A stretch of 64,000 nt of DNA from Felis catus. Lineage: Eukaryota. The position numbers were made by a program, and so were the translations under genes. The notes beneath the pieces were generated by a model. The model worked only from the letters and a program-made list of their open reading frames with translations. It ran no database searches and was not told the DNA's origin. The stretch spans positions 60,886,001-60,950,000 of the forward strand of contig NC_058382.1 of the NCBI RefSeq assembly GCF_018350175.1, read 5' to 3'. Numbering within the stretch: the stretch's first letter is position 1; every line of letters begins with the position of its first letter. Below are positions 1-12,679 of the stretch, in pieces.

Positions 1-999
1 CCCACAGCCCTGGACCCTTGCATCCTGGCTGTGAAGATCTGGCGCCAAAAACTGGTGCCACCTGAGGGAGGAGACAGGTGGGAAGCGGTGCCCAACCCCC
101 ACCTTCTCCCGCCGCCACCCCCCCCCCCACCAACCCCACACGGCCAGCTGGCCTGGCCACTCGCTTGGCTGGCAGAGGCTAGGCTGCCTGTGGCTGGCTG
201 TCATGTGCCCCGGTGCGTCCCGGTGAGTCCTGGCAATTTGGCGTGCTGCCCCCAGGGAGCCCCAGGCTCACCCTTGCTGTCCACACCCCAGGGACTGGCT
301 GTGGAACAGGAACCCCGCTGCCGGGTCACTTTCCATTCTCTGCACACCTTTGGGCAGGTCCCATGACCTGTCTACACCTCCCGCTCCTCCACTCCACGGG
401 GCCATGTGAGGATCTGGGGAGTGAAAATGTGCCTCGTGCAGGCTGGGGCCGGTCAGGCTCGGTGAGGGTGGCGATTGTCACCGCCCGCTGGCATCCATCC
501 TCTTGGCTTGGCTCAGGGGATGCTTCCTCCCCCTGGACCGCCTGTATCACCCGACCTCCCAGCCCCAGCTCAGGGCCCTGGGGTCCCTTTGCTGGCTTCC
601 CCAGGGGCCGGCGATGCCTCTGCAATGACGCACTCCCTGCCCTTCCCTACGGCAAGGGTACACCCCGCCCCTGCTTTCTGGAGAGGCAGTATTTCCTCCA
701 GCGTCGGGCGGGGTCCCCTGGCATCGTGGCCCGTGCAACGTGTGGGGACAGAGCGGCAGCTTCTGGAGGCGTCAAGGGCCTCGTTCTGTGAGCGGGAACG
801 AGAGCGACCACAGCCAACCTGTCACCGCCGACAAGTAACGTGAGCAAGAAGCAAACGCCTGTGGTTGGCCGGACGCCGCAGGGCCGGGGCCGCCCGGGGC
901 CATCGCGCGCAGCAGCGTCGGCCTCCTCCCGCCTGCCCGGGCCTTGTTAACGCCAGCTCGCAGACGGCGGCACGTACGCACGCACGAGGCGCAAGGCGT

Positions 1000-2100
1000 G
1001 GGGACCGACACGCCCACTTTGCACACGAGGCAGAGGACGCTTCCGTCGCTTTGTACCCCCCTAAAATCGCTTCTCCCCGCCCCCAGTTCAAGCACCCACC
1101 GGACCGCTATCCTAACGAAGTGAGTTTCACGGTGTTGGCCCTTCCGCACAGCGGCAGGGTCACTTGGTACACACGTTCTGCGCCCGGCTTCTGCGCGGCG
1201 GCACGACGCTCCGGGGACGTGCTCGTGCCCTGAGTCCCCACGCCGTCCTCCGGGCACGCGAGCACCTGTACCTGTGGACGCCGGGTTCTTCCCGGTGTTT
1301 CGCTATCACAGGCTGAGCTACCGCAGACGTCTGTGCGCAAGACCGCTGGTCTTCCCTTCCTTCGGAGAGGTGCCCCCGAGCACAAGCGCCGGTCACATGG
1401 CAAGTACGTTCACTTTCATGAGAAATTTCCCAACTGTCTTCTCAGGTACTTGCCCTGATTTTACGTCCCCACGAGTTCCACTTCCTTGCTAACATCTGAT
1501 AGTCAGGTTTTTTGTTTTTTTGGATTTTAACAAGACATTTTTGTTTTTGTTTTTTTAAGTTTTATTTTGAGAAGGGGGGGGGCGGAGAGAGGGAGAGATT
1601 CCCAGGCAGGCTCCGCGCTGTCAGCACCGGCCGGACTTGGGGCTCGATCCCAGGAACCGTGAGATCATGACCTGAGCCGACATCAAGAGTCACACATTCA
1701 ATCGTTTGAGCCACTCAGGTGCCCCAGGTTTTTCTTTTCTCTTTTTAATTTGAGTCTTTCTAGTTGATGTGCAGCGATAAGCAATGAATTGGTATTTCTC
1801 CGACTAGGGATGTCGAGCATCTTTTCACGTGGTCGTTGGCCATCTGTCTGTCTTCTTTCACCCAAGTGTCTAATGTTTGGGCCACATTTCGTTGGGTGTC
1901 TGTACTTTTGTTGCAGAGCCAAGAATTCCTTATGAATTGTCAACGCAAAGAGTCACATGTACGTACTGTGCGTATTTTCTCTGTGTCTTGCTGTTTCGTT
2001 TCGTTAACGGAGTCTCGGGAAGAGCAGACGGTGTTACTTTTGATGAAGTCCTATTTTTTACTTTTTCTCCCACAGCAAATGTTTTTTGTGTCCTAGCTGA
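1000..2100 (-). mobile_element. Ancient L1M 3' fragment (split by a SINE)
   Basis: Recognisable L1 antisense text (gatgtcgagcatcttttcacgtggtcgttggccatctg; ttttgatgaagtcc); the left part is strongly GC-shifted. Confidence 0.7.
1513..1725 (-). mobile_element. Can-SINE (SINEC)
   Basis: Reverse head (tgagccactcaggtgcccc), gagatcatgacctgagcc, poly-T tail; aggttttt on both flanks. Confidence 0.9.
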
Positions 2101-4142
2101 GGAATCTTTGCTGGTCGGCGTTTCTTGTCCTTCCGGAAGTCACGTACCCTTCGCTTCTACAAACTGGCATGGGACCCCCTTCCTGTGGGGTGGGGCTCAG
2201 GGGGAGACCAGGTGACCCTTGCTGCCATCTCCCCTGCCCCGAGCCCTGGGTCTTCCTCGTCACAGCCCAGCCTGGGCCCAGGTGTCCGAGCCCAGGGTGC
2301 TAAGAGGGCGGTCCAGCGCACTGGATGAGTGCCCTGAGGCTCATGACAAAGGACCGCAAACCTGCCGCTGGCAACAACAGAAATGTCTTCGTTTGCAGCT
2401 CTGCAGCTGGCTGGGGTCTGGCTGGCCCAGGGGAGTGGCCTCAGGGACCTGGTCTGGGCTGTGGCCCAGGAGACAGAGCGGTTCTCCACAATCATCGGGC
2501 CCGCGGACCCGAGGTGAGCCTGGGGTCCGGGGCCTGGGGCGCGGGCCTGTCTGCCGTGGTGTCCGCTCTAGCCCAGGGCGGAGGAAGTGTGGTTTGGCTC
2601 CTGGGACTGAGGGCATGGGAAGCTTATGGTCAGCTAGAAGAACAGGAAACCCCAAATCCCACGAGATTCACCTGGAGGCTGGAGTCTGCACCCTGGCTGG
2701 AGGGAGGGGGCCGTCTCGGGTGGGGGACATTTCGGGGGGGGACAGGAAGGAAGAGGGGCTGGTCTAGGCGGACATGGGGTGGGGGAGCTGTAAGAGCAGT
2801 TTGGACAGACCCGAACTGAACACCTGGCCCCCGGCGAGGACGCTACCAGGGAGCACACGGCCTTTTATTTCTGTTACTAACCAGGGCTTTGCGTGTGGCG
2901 CCTAATGGCCTCTACCTTGGAGGGGCCTGGCCTTCACATGGGGGCACGAGGGCCGCCCCCGCTGGCCCTGCCGTGTCCCGGCTGACCCCATCTCTCCAGG
3001 TCTTGGACCTCAGCGTCTCTGGCTTGCAAACAGTGGCTCCCGTGTGCTGTGTGGGGTGGGCAGCCCTGGGGACCGTCCTCTGTCCTGGAGGTGCCTGGTG
3101 GACCGTGGGGGTCTGCGTCATGCCTTGCCGTCACCGGCCTGAGGGGCCTGGCTGTCCTTGGGCTTGTCCAGCTCCCACCTCCGCTGAGCCTTTAGTCCTG
3201 GCCCCCAGGGGCCAGGGCCCTGCTGGTGTGGAACCTGGGAGCCGTGTGCAGGGGAGGGGCGGCACCCCCAGATCCCTGGGCAGGGAGGGGCTTAATGTGG
3301 GAATGCCCCTGGTCCCAGGGACACCTTGGTCTGGCCCATCTCCCAGGCGTCCCTCCCCAGCCCAGGGGCTTCTCTTCTCCCCCCATGGCAGTCATCGGAG
3401 GCCCCCCCACTGGGAGCGGTGGCTGGTGGGAACAATGGCTTAACCGAGCCTCAGCATCGCCTCCGGCTTTGACCCTTCTCTTTAGTGACAGAAACCACAC
3501 TGGTCCGCACCAGCTGCCAGCCTTTCTGTTCTTTAGCACGAATTCTAGAAAATAACATATCCCAAACAGCACACGGATTCTCTGATTTCCTCTTTTTAGA
3601 ACATCCAAAGCCACGTCTAACCCCCCCTGCTGCAGTGGCCTCTGGTGATCGCACTCTTCATAAGCACCGGCTCGTGCCGTGACCTGCAAACACAGGCCAC
3701 CTAAGTCCCTCGGTCCGTGGGGGCCACCACCGTGTTGGTCTGGGTGGGCCGGGCTTGCCGCCGGAGCAGGTCAGTCGGCAAGACTTTTTCCTGCTCGTGC
3801 AAACGTCAGTGTGAGTGGAGCCCCCACCCCCGCCCCCACCCTGCTCAGACCTCCCAGAGCCACAGACTCAGCACCTCCAGAGAGGAGCTGGACCCCAGGG
3901 GGTATGTGCCCTCCTAACCACAAGGGGCTGGGAGATGCGGGGCTGCAGGGGGCGCAGGGGCAGCCCAGCTCCTACACACCCACACTCCCCATGCACAGCC
4001 TGGTGCTCAGGCCTGAGCCCTCCGCTTGGGTTAATCTGCTCGTTCAACTAATGTTTGCCGAGCACCTTTGTGGGAGCAGGCACCAGGCTTGCTGCTATAG
4101 ACTTGGGGTGGGCAGGGACGGGGTCTCAGCCACGTGGGGACG

Positions 4143-4553
4143 GTGTGAGTGCCCAGAGCTGCCCTAACAGGTGGCCGCAGGTGGGCACCTCGACAACAGA
4201 GATCTCTTTCCTCCCAGTTCTGGAGGCTGGAGTCTGAGATCCAGGAGGGGACGCACCCCTCCAGAAGCTCCAGGGGAGGGTCCTTCCAGCCTCGTCCACC
4301 CCCCGGGGGCCCAGGCGTCGCTGGGTTTGTGGCTGTGTCCTTCCACCTCCGCCTCTGTCCTCACATGGCCTCTCCCCTGTGTCTGCATCTTTCTCTTACA
4401 GAGACTTTAGTCATTGGATTGAGGCTGGTGTCACTTTGAGGTTCTTTAATCACATCTGCAAAGACCTCTTTTTGAACACGGTCACATTTATGACCCACAT
4501 CTGGGATCAGGATGGGGACATATTTTTTGGAGAGATGCTATTCCACCCAGTAC
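4143..4553. mobile_element. MaLR solo LTR (MLT1B/C-like)
   Basis: cagttctggaggctggagtctgagatc ... taatcacatctgcaaagacc ... ends in aca. Confidence 0.8.
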
Positions 4554-4928
4554 AGGGGCACTGATGACACTCAGCCAGGCTCTCGGGGGAGGCCCGGCCC
4601 CTCGGCCCCCCGTGTCACACACTCTGGCTAACGGTCGCAACGGGGATCTGACCACCCTGCCCCTCAGAGGACGGACGGAGCCAGGAGGCCAGCAGCCGGT
4701 GGCGGGTCTTTCCTCCCTGCCGGCTCTGTGCCCTGCACAGACGCATCTTGCAGGCCCGGCCCCTCGGCAGTCCCTCTCTGCCACGAGTCAGCAGCGGGGA
4801 GCAAGGTGGCGGCGACTGATAACCCCTCAGAACCTCGGCTTCCTCGTCTGCGAAGGGGAGATAATCACGTCTCCCCCACATCCATGGAGGCAGCCGAGGG
4901 GAAGGAGCTCGGAGTGCCCGTCCCTCAC

Positions 4929-5450
4929 CTGTGACGGGCCCGGCCCCCCTCCCCCCGCCCCCCCCCCCCCCCCCCGCGGTCCCTCAGCGGCTGCAGTTAA
5001 GGCTTGCTGAGACCGATTCCTCCCTGGGGCTCTGCTGGGAGCTCGAGACCGGGGCGAGGGGTGTGCACCTGCACGTCCAGGGCCCTGGACCTGGAGGGTG
5101 TGGCCCTGTGGGAGGGACCTGGGGGGGAGGGGCACCGGGGAGAAGACGGGGCCCACGAGGCTGGAGAAGGGGGCGCCGGGTCTTCATCCCGCAGCCCGGT
5201 CAAGGGGCCGGGGCAGCAGAAAGATGTGAGCGACCACAGAAAACACTCCCTGAGAGCCATGAAAATGAAGTCAATAAAAGAGACAAAAATGGAAATATCA
5301 AGACAGCAACTTCTTCTCTTCTGATTACAAAGCAGGCGGCGGGGGCGGAGCGGGCAGGCGGGAGCAGCTGTGCAGCCGGGCCGGCCCGATAAGGGCCAGG
5401 CAGCCTGGGCCCGCGAGATAAAGCCGCGCGGCCGCCTCCAGCCCGCCCGG
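4929..5450 (-). other. Putative alternative first exon / promoter-proximal region
   Basis: Donor CACAG|GTGAGG at 4929, downstream on the minus strand of the CpG-rich, motif-dense block at 5200-5600. The 5' end is not defined. Confidence 0.3.
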
Positions 5451-5600
5451 CCATCAATATTCACACGGCCGAGGCTGGCGCTCCAGATACAGCAGCGCCG
5501 ACGCCCGCCGCTGCCGAGGGCTCGTTAATCTGCTCGCGGGCATTTAAATGCCGTGGAAAATGCGGAGTTGAGAGCGGCTTGACACTGGGTTCCCCCCCCC
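5230..5600. promoter_or_regulatory. Candidate conserved enhancer/promoter element
   Basis: AT-rich motifs embedded in CpG-rich DNA: CAATAAAA, TGATTA, two GATAA, CATCAATA, TTAATC, and palindrome GGCATTTAAATGCC 5539-5552. Confidence 0.45.
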
Positions 5601-5712
5601 CCAGCCCCCCTCCCTGGCCATTGTCTCCCTCCTTTCTCTCGTTCATGAAGTTTTCAGACGCAGGCAGAGGACCGGAGGGGAGCGGGAGCCGAGGTGCAGA
5701 CACCTGACGGAG

Positions 5713-5780
5713 GGAGGGGTCCCCCCCAGGGGCGGAGGGGTCCCCCCCAGGGGCGGCGGGGTCCCCCCCAGGGGAGGCGG
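5713..5780. repeat. 21-bp minisatellite x3 (GGAGGGGTCCCCCCCAGGGGC)
   Basis: Units start at 5713, 5734 and 5755. Confidence 0.85.
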
Positions 5781-6156
5781 GCCCTGGCTTTCGGGGCTTT
5801 GGGGGCCACGGTCACCAGGAGGAAGTGGCTCTGCAGAGTGTGAGCGGGGGAAGGGCCACCCCCCCCAAGCCTCATCCTTCTGAGTCTTTCTGTGCGGGGC
5901 GTGGCCTCTTCCTCCTGAGCTGTCAGCCCGCTGGCAGAGACAAAGGCTCAACACAACCACACAAACAAACGCACAATTACGGGAAAAGAACAGTAAGGGA
6001 TGTGACGCAGGCAGAGAGGTGGGAGGAGGGGAAGCCGACCACGCCCTCTAACCCCGAGACCCTCTGTGGCTCCCATCTCCAGAGGGAAAACCTCAAACTC
6101 CCAGAGGTCCCAGCCTCCTTCCTCTGGTTTGTTTTTAAAGTCAGGCCAGTTCTGCA

Positions 6157-6430
6157 CAGGGCCTTTGCACGTGCTGTGCCGCCTCCCAGGGGCCCTCTTC
6201 TCCCAGACGTCTGCTGGGTTCCTCCGTCGTCTCCTCCAAGTCTTTGCCAAATGTCACCTCCGCGGAGAGCCCTCTCTTAACCACCCTCCTGCCTCCCTAA
6301 TCCCGGTTACTGCACTGTCCCCGCCTCGCTCCCAAAGTGGTAGTGCCACAGGAGGAGCATCTGAGTCTGGTTATCCACTGCTGAAACCTCAGGGCCTGCC
6401 TGGCACACGGTAGGTGCCCACTGCATACTC
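6157..6430 (+). mobile_element. L2 3' fragment
   Basis: cagggcctttgcacgtgctgt ... aaatgtcacctcc ... gcctggcacacggtaggtgcc. Confidence 0.7.
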
Positions 6431-7239
6431 ACTGCTGAAGGAGAAGGACCATCACAGAGGCGCCTCGGCCACGTGCTGGGGGTGGGAAGGTGTCGTGGTG
6501 ATGTCACAGGAGCTGTGCTTACACTGACCACACCCCGACAGATAGACCACACCCACACCCACTGACCACACTCAGCACACAGCACCCGGCATACTGATCG
6601 CACTCAGCACACAGCACCCACAGAGCACTATGGTACCTCCCTCCATGCAGGAAATGCTGCCTGAATCCCAGTTCCAGTGATGGCTTGTGTCGGCAAGGTG
6701 GCCCCACTAACAGGGGCCTAAAGGAATGACTACGAGCCCAGGCACCGAAATGACTGCACGGCTTCTCCGAGGCTGCTCCCTGCCCCGGCGCCACCGCCCT
6801 GCCCCATCACTCTTTTCCTTGCTTATGCTTCTCTCTGTTAGAACCTCCTGGATTCTTCCAGCCAGCCAGGTTTCTGTGGGGAAGGAACAAAGGGAGAGGG
6901 AGGACCCCCATCCCCAAATCAAGATATGCTAAGCCCCCCGGCCAAGCAGACAGGACCTTGGAGGGAGGCTGGCCCATCTCAGGATCTGTCCTTGGGTCCC
7001 CTTCCAGGTGGGGCCCTTCCACTGTCACCAGCAGGACTTTTTAGAACTGTGGTCTGAGACATTAACTTTGTGTGTTAAGACCAATATTTAAAAACCACTA
7101 GGATGCATTGCGTGTGGAAAACACGAACACTGTGAACTTCGGGCTTGGGGATGTGTATGTGAGTATGGATGGCCAGACCTGCTCACAACCCTCCCTGCAC
7201 TCTGCTCTTGCTTTACACATGCTCATGAGCTCTATGTGC

Positions 7240-7470
7240 AGTGACTCTGTGAGATGGGCATTCTCGTCACCTCCATTCTGCAGCTGAGGAAACAGGTGAG
7301 TGGGTGACGTGCCCACATTCAGCTTGGACTTTGGAGTCGACAGACCAGGTGCACACGCTCCCCAGTTGGATGCACCCAGATGGGTCCCCTCTCTTCTCTG
7401 AGCCTCTGTTTCCTCATCTGTGCTGGGGACACCCCATTAAGGATGCCGTGGGGAGCAAGCGAGCACGGCA
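7240..7470. mobile_element. MIR fragments in opposite orientations
   Basis: ccattctgcagctgaggaaacag and ctctgagcctctgtttcctcatctg cores. Confidence 0.6.
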
Positions 7471-8339
7471 CTCAGGAGATGGACGCTGCTCCGGACCCTC
7501 ATGCAGCACAGTCCCCTCTGACCCAGACGCAGACGGGGTGAGGCCTCACTTCCCCCAGGCTGAGCCGATACAAGCAAGCACATTCAAAGAGAAACGTCAG
7601 AGCACAGAGGGGGGCGCAGAAAGCACAAAGGCCACAAGAATGGCCAAAGTCCTAACTTTAATCCCCGAGGCACACGTTTGGTTGTGCAGAGCCTCTCAAA
7701 GTCCCAAGTGCCAGACCCTGCACTTTTGGGCAGTGGCCCTCTGGCCAGCCCTGGCCAGGCTCTCCCGGCATCGTCCTTGTGGCTGCTTCTCATCTCGGGG
7801 ACTGCCGGTGCCACTGGCTCCCCTCCCTTGAGGCCGGTCTGCCTCTGCCTCTGGCTTTACTCATAAGCAAATGCCAAGTCACCCGGTCCAGAGCTCCTAT
7901 CCAGCAGAAAAGCTCTGCGCAAATATCAGCAATCATTAATAATCATTAATGAGAATTATAAATACATGAGAATTATGACAGGAAGGTCTTCTTGAGAGTG
8001 GGCACCCAACGGGACACGGGGGCCCTTGGCTAGCCCACCTGCCTGTCCCCTCCTCCTGATCACAGGCTTTGACTGTTCCACTCAGGCTGGCTGTGGGTTG
8101 GTTCGGGGCCATTGGGATAGTCCGTGGTGGTTCAGCGACAGACCCGCCTCCTCTACAAATGTGTAGCTCTGATGGGTAGGTGGCCCCAGCATTCCCAAGT
8201 GTAAAGTCGGGTCGTGGGTGAGCGGTATCTAAAACTGTTCAACATTCCCCTTCTTCCTTGAAGCTTTGCGAGGGGGAGGCATGAATTTGTTGGGGTGGGG
8301 GGGGGCGGTGTGTCTGTGTGGGCAGGTTTGGCTGCTGGC

Positions 8340-8500
8340 CCCTCCTTATTCCAGCTGTGGGACCCTGGACAGGGCACTCCTTGCTCCAAATCTCAGTTTC
8401 CTCATCTGCAAAGTAGGCACAATATTGCTGACCTCACAGGCCATTACGAGGACTGAACGACCTAACACATGTGGTGCATGCAGCCAGGGGCACACGGGTG
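8340..8500 (+). mobile_element. MIR
   Basis: ctcagtttcctcatctgcaaagtagg ... acctcacagg. Confidence 0.7.
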
Positions 8501-8644
8501 TCACAGCTCCTGCTATTGTGGCCACAGCCCCATCGCACTGGATGAGGCTGCCCAGGGGATGAACAAATGAATGAACAGAGTCGTGGGCAGTGATGACGAG
8601 GCACGGGGGATGAAATCTGGGGGCGGAGGGCCTTCCAGATCAGC

Positions 8645-8665
8645 TCCTCTGTCCGTGGTGCTGAA
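8645..8665 (-). promoter_or_regulatory. REST/NRSF binding site (RE1/NRSE)
   Basis: Reverse complement is TTCAGCACCACGGACAGAGGA; the first 17 nt are identical to the RE1 consensus TTCAGCACCACGGACAGCGCC. Confidence 0.8.
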
Positions 8666-11600
8666 GCCAGGCAGCCTGCCCACCCTCTCCCAGCAGTCTG
8701 ACCCAGGTGACAGGCAAGAAAGCCTCAGGAAAGATGGTCAGAAAGAGAGGGAGAGAAAGACACAGAGAGCCAGCCAGCCAGAGACACGGACTGACATTGG
8801 ACACAGGTGCACCTGTACTGACACGTCACCAGGAGAGAAGAGGAACTTTGTTTTGATGGCATCTTTCAAGTCATGGTTTCTCAGGATATTTATCATACGG
8901 TTATTTGCCACTACTCTCCATTCCCCACACATGTCGGTGTATCCCCGAGAGGCAGGCTCGCCGGTGTGAGGGTGTTAGGGATACATGGATATGTGTGTGT
9001 GCAGATATACACGGACTCATTACAGCAACCGGACCACACACACTTTGGCACCTGGTTAACCCCCTTCTGTGGGGCTGTCGTCTGGTGCTGGAAGCGAAGG
9101 TGCTGTGTGGTGGGGAAAGCGGGCAAGATGCACCCCAGATGTGAGCTGGAGCCCCCGGAAAGCCTCAGCACGGCTCCCGGCTGCGTCTGTGACCTGGGGG
9201 CTGGGCGGCCTGCAGACACTGGGCTGCATTACAGAGCTGGATGTCCCCACGCCCCAGGGTCAGAGTTGGTGAAGGGGGGAGGGGACGGCGGCACAGTCAC
9301 AGGCCTGGCCACATGCCACAGGTGACTCCATAGACCCAGACAAGGGGTAGCTTCCCCTTCCCCTCCAAATCCCCCTCAAGACTCTCCCTCTGGACCCACT
9401 ATGTCTAAACCCTACAGGAAGGGAATCTGCGGAAATGCAGTCCAGCCCCATGGGCTGACATGTGACAACGCTGCTGCTGTGAGGTGATAGGTGGTGAGCC
9501 TGGCAGGCCACCTGTGGTTTGGGGTCAGCTCCTCTTGGGTCAGAGCAGGCCTCTCACCTGGGCATCTGGCTTGCATCCTGGCTAATGTCCTCAGGGTGGG
9601 AACTGCCCACCTGTATGGCTGGCTGTGCCCTTTGGGGGCCGATGCCAGGTCTGGCCTCCCCTCCCCATCGGCCAAGCTCCCTACACCTGCTGAGCCTGGC
9701 AGCCCCAGCCCAGTGAGGGGAGGCCACCTGTCCCCTGTGTGTGGCCAGGGCCCATCGTGGTGAGTGGGGCCCATCTCTTCTTGCTCATGGGTTATGTCTG
9801 AAGCCTTCTGCTGGCTCCCCCCGATGCCAAGAAGGACAGAGCCTGTGGGCCAACGATGCAGACAGATACGGACACTGACATCAACCCCAGCACATGTCCT
9901 CCCTGGGCCCAAACGCGAAAGGACTTATTATTACAAATGGCGACTCATTCATTTTTCTCTGCTGGCGTTTGGGGCCTACTGTGTGCCAGGGAAATGCAGA
10001 GATGAGGAGACAGTCCAGAGTGAGGCCCACAATGCTGTCAGAAACATGGACACGGTCAGTAGGATACGGCTCATCACGCCCACGGCCAGATAGCGCTTTA
10101 GAAACTCAGCCCCCCCCCCAAAAAAAAAGAAAGAAACTCAGCCCGGCCAACACCGGCTGTCCCCCACGCTGCCGGTCTGTTCATAGCCCCTGCTCAGAAT
10201 GCAGCGTCGAGAAAGGTTCTGATGCCAGGTACAGAGACAGCCAGGACTGATCAGTGTTGTCTGCTACGGACACAGTACTGGGAGAAGCATGGGGCGAGGG
10301 AGGCCAGGTATGGGTGCTTTATGGGAAACTGAGGTCCAGAAAGTTACAGTGGCTTGTGCAACGTTCCGGAACAGGCGATCCGCAGGACTGAGACCAGAAA
10401 GTGCCTTTCTCTCTCCTAATTTGGATTCTGTCCAAGACCTCAGAGTGGACCCCAGAGTGAGCTTCCCACAGGGAGGAGTGAACGTCTAGGGCCCGTGTCC
10501 TTTGCCGATTCTGTGACCCCTGCAGTAGCCTGGCCGCCTGCAAGTCTAGGCAGAGAACAAAGTGCAGACAGACACCTGGAGCCCTGCAGTGACCCCGCTT
10601 CTACCCAGGGCCTTGCCCTCAACATTGCCAACGATTTCCCTGAGACTAAGTGGCTGGAGCGGCCCTTTAATTGCCCACCGCCAGCCCCAGGCTTCACTCC
10701 TTAGAGCAGTTCAGCCATTCCCAGAGCATTTAATGGCAGGAATGCCCAGAAGAGGCAGTGCACACTGGAGGGAACATGCAGAGAGGTTGTCCCAGGGAAA
10801 GGGCTTGGCCCAGAGTGGTCCAGTGTAGGTCCTAAACCCAAGTAGGGAACCAGGACTAAGTTGCTCTTCCTGTGTCAAGGGGAGGAGAGATTTGCAGAAC
10901 TGGTGTCAACTCCTCCCTTTTGTGTCTTGGGCGCACACGGCAGAAGGCGCACACGGCTGAAATCGCTCTGCCCAAACTGGGTGCTGGAACTTTGTGGTGG
11001 AAAGTTTACCAACTTAGGAAGTTAAGCCTCTACTTTGGACACGCATGTATTCATCTACCCACCCATCCACCCATCCACCCACCTGTTCACAGAGGTCGCG
11101 CCACGTGCCCAGGTGCTGTGCCAGCCTTTGGGAAGTACCACAATCAACACCTCGTCCACCCTCAAGCTCCTGATCTAAGGTAAGGTTCCAGGTAGGGGTG
11201 CGCTCACCCTGGGAGCTGCAGAGGTGATCCCCTGGGGCGCAGGAAGGAACCAGTCCCTTCACTCGTATGCATTCTCCCCATCTCGTATTAAAGGACTGCT
11301 GTGTATGTTTTTGAGGCACAGAGTGGGGCTCAGCCACGTCTTTCTGCCAGGGGCTGCGATCAAGGGAGTGAGCAGGGTGAACACGAACAGAGCCGCAACG
11401 CGGACTGAGGGAGGGGAGCGGGCTCCAAGGACGGGGTGCCAGGCTGCGGGACACGGGGTGCTCAGAGACTTAGGAGATCTTCTCAGAGGAGACGGAGATT
11501 CATTTGGGTCTTGGAAGATGAGTCTGTTCCATGGAGAAGCCGCTGAAGAACATTCCATGGGCAGAACAAGCACGAGGAGGCCAGGGCGGGGAGTGGAGAG

Positions 11601-11869
11601 GCGGGGGCGCCGGAGGGGGGCTGGATGGAGACAAGATGGGTATGGCCTTTGATGTGGGTTAGCCAGGCAGCTTTAACCCCATCCTGGGGCGATGGCAGCT
11701 GTTGAAGGAGGACAAGGGAATCAGATCTCCTCTACGAGCTACGAGAGAGCTACGAGTGAGCGAGTGTCTGCACGGAGTTCTGAGGGCCCGGGGGAGGGGG
11801 AGGCTGGCATGCTGGGGCCGGAGAGCCGTCCAACTAAGTGTGGAAAGCCAGGTGCTGCCTGCTGTGGCC

Positions 11870-12285
11870 ACTATCGGGTAACTCTTGCTGCACAACAAAA
11901 CACCCGAATGTCAGTGGCTCTGAACAATAGTGATTTCTTGTTTCTCGTGACTGCGGGTTGTCTGCTCCTGCCTGGGTTTATGCCTGCAGCTGCTTATGCC
12001 AACGAGTCTCTGGGCTGGAGAGCCCACAGAGACCTCACTCACAAGCCTCAGATGGTGCTCAGTGTGCCCCCGAGGCCTCCATGAGCCAGACCAGCCTCCT
12101 TCCCTCAGGGTGGGGCTCCCAGCCTGAAGGTGAAGTGGTGGCCACACAGCCTCGTAGGGCTTGGACTCCAAACTCACACGACTACACTCCTGCCACATCC
12201 TATTGGTTAAAGCAAGTCAGGAGCCCAAACGGGCTTGGGGGTTTGCAGGAGGGGTTTCTGCAAATCCAATGCAGCCACGCTTGAT
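11870..12285. mobile_element. Old MaLR LTR (MLT1F/H-like)
   Basis: gctgcacaacaaaacaccc..tcagtggct ... ctgccacatcctattggttaaagcaagtca. Confidence 0.65.
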
Positions 12286-12640
12286 GGACGATGGGGATGG
12301 GTATCCTGGTGCCGGGACAGGGTCTGTGCAGCTAATGCATTTCCTGAAAGTCTGGCCGTGGGCGGCCTCAGGAAGAGAGGAGGGGAGAGGCAGGCGCCAC
12401 CACATGGAAAAGCAGGTTCGGGGGGGACCTGCAGGGGCTCTGTGTGGAGGGGTGAGAAGACCCTGGATTGGATTCTGGGGGTGACAGGGAGGTGCCCCAG
12501 GCTTTGGGGCAGAGAGGGGGAGGACGGTGAGGAGCCGGCCAGGTAAGTGGTGGGGGCAGCCCGACCCTGCAGCAGGTGGGTGGCACCGGGGGCACGTCTG
12601 CTTGGCCCAGGGAGGGACTTGGGTCAGCCCCAGCTCTGGC

Positions 12641-12679
12641 CTCCCAGCCCGCTTCCTATCTTTAGTGCCCTTGCCAGGA
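12641..12679 (+). repeat. 39-bp dispersed direct repeat, copy 1
   Basis: ctcccagcccgcttcctatctttagtgcccttgccagga, identical to 20167-20205. Confidence 0.95.
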
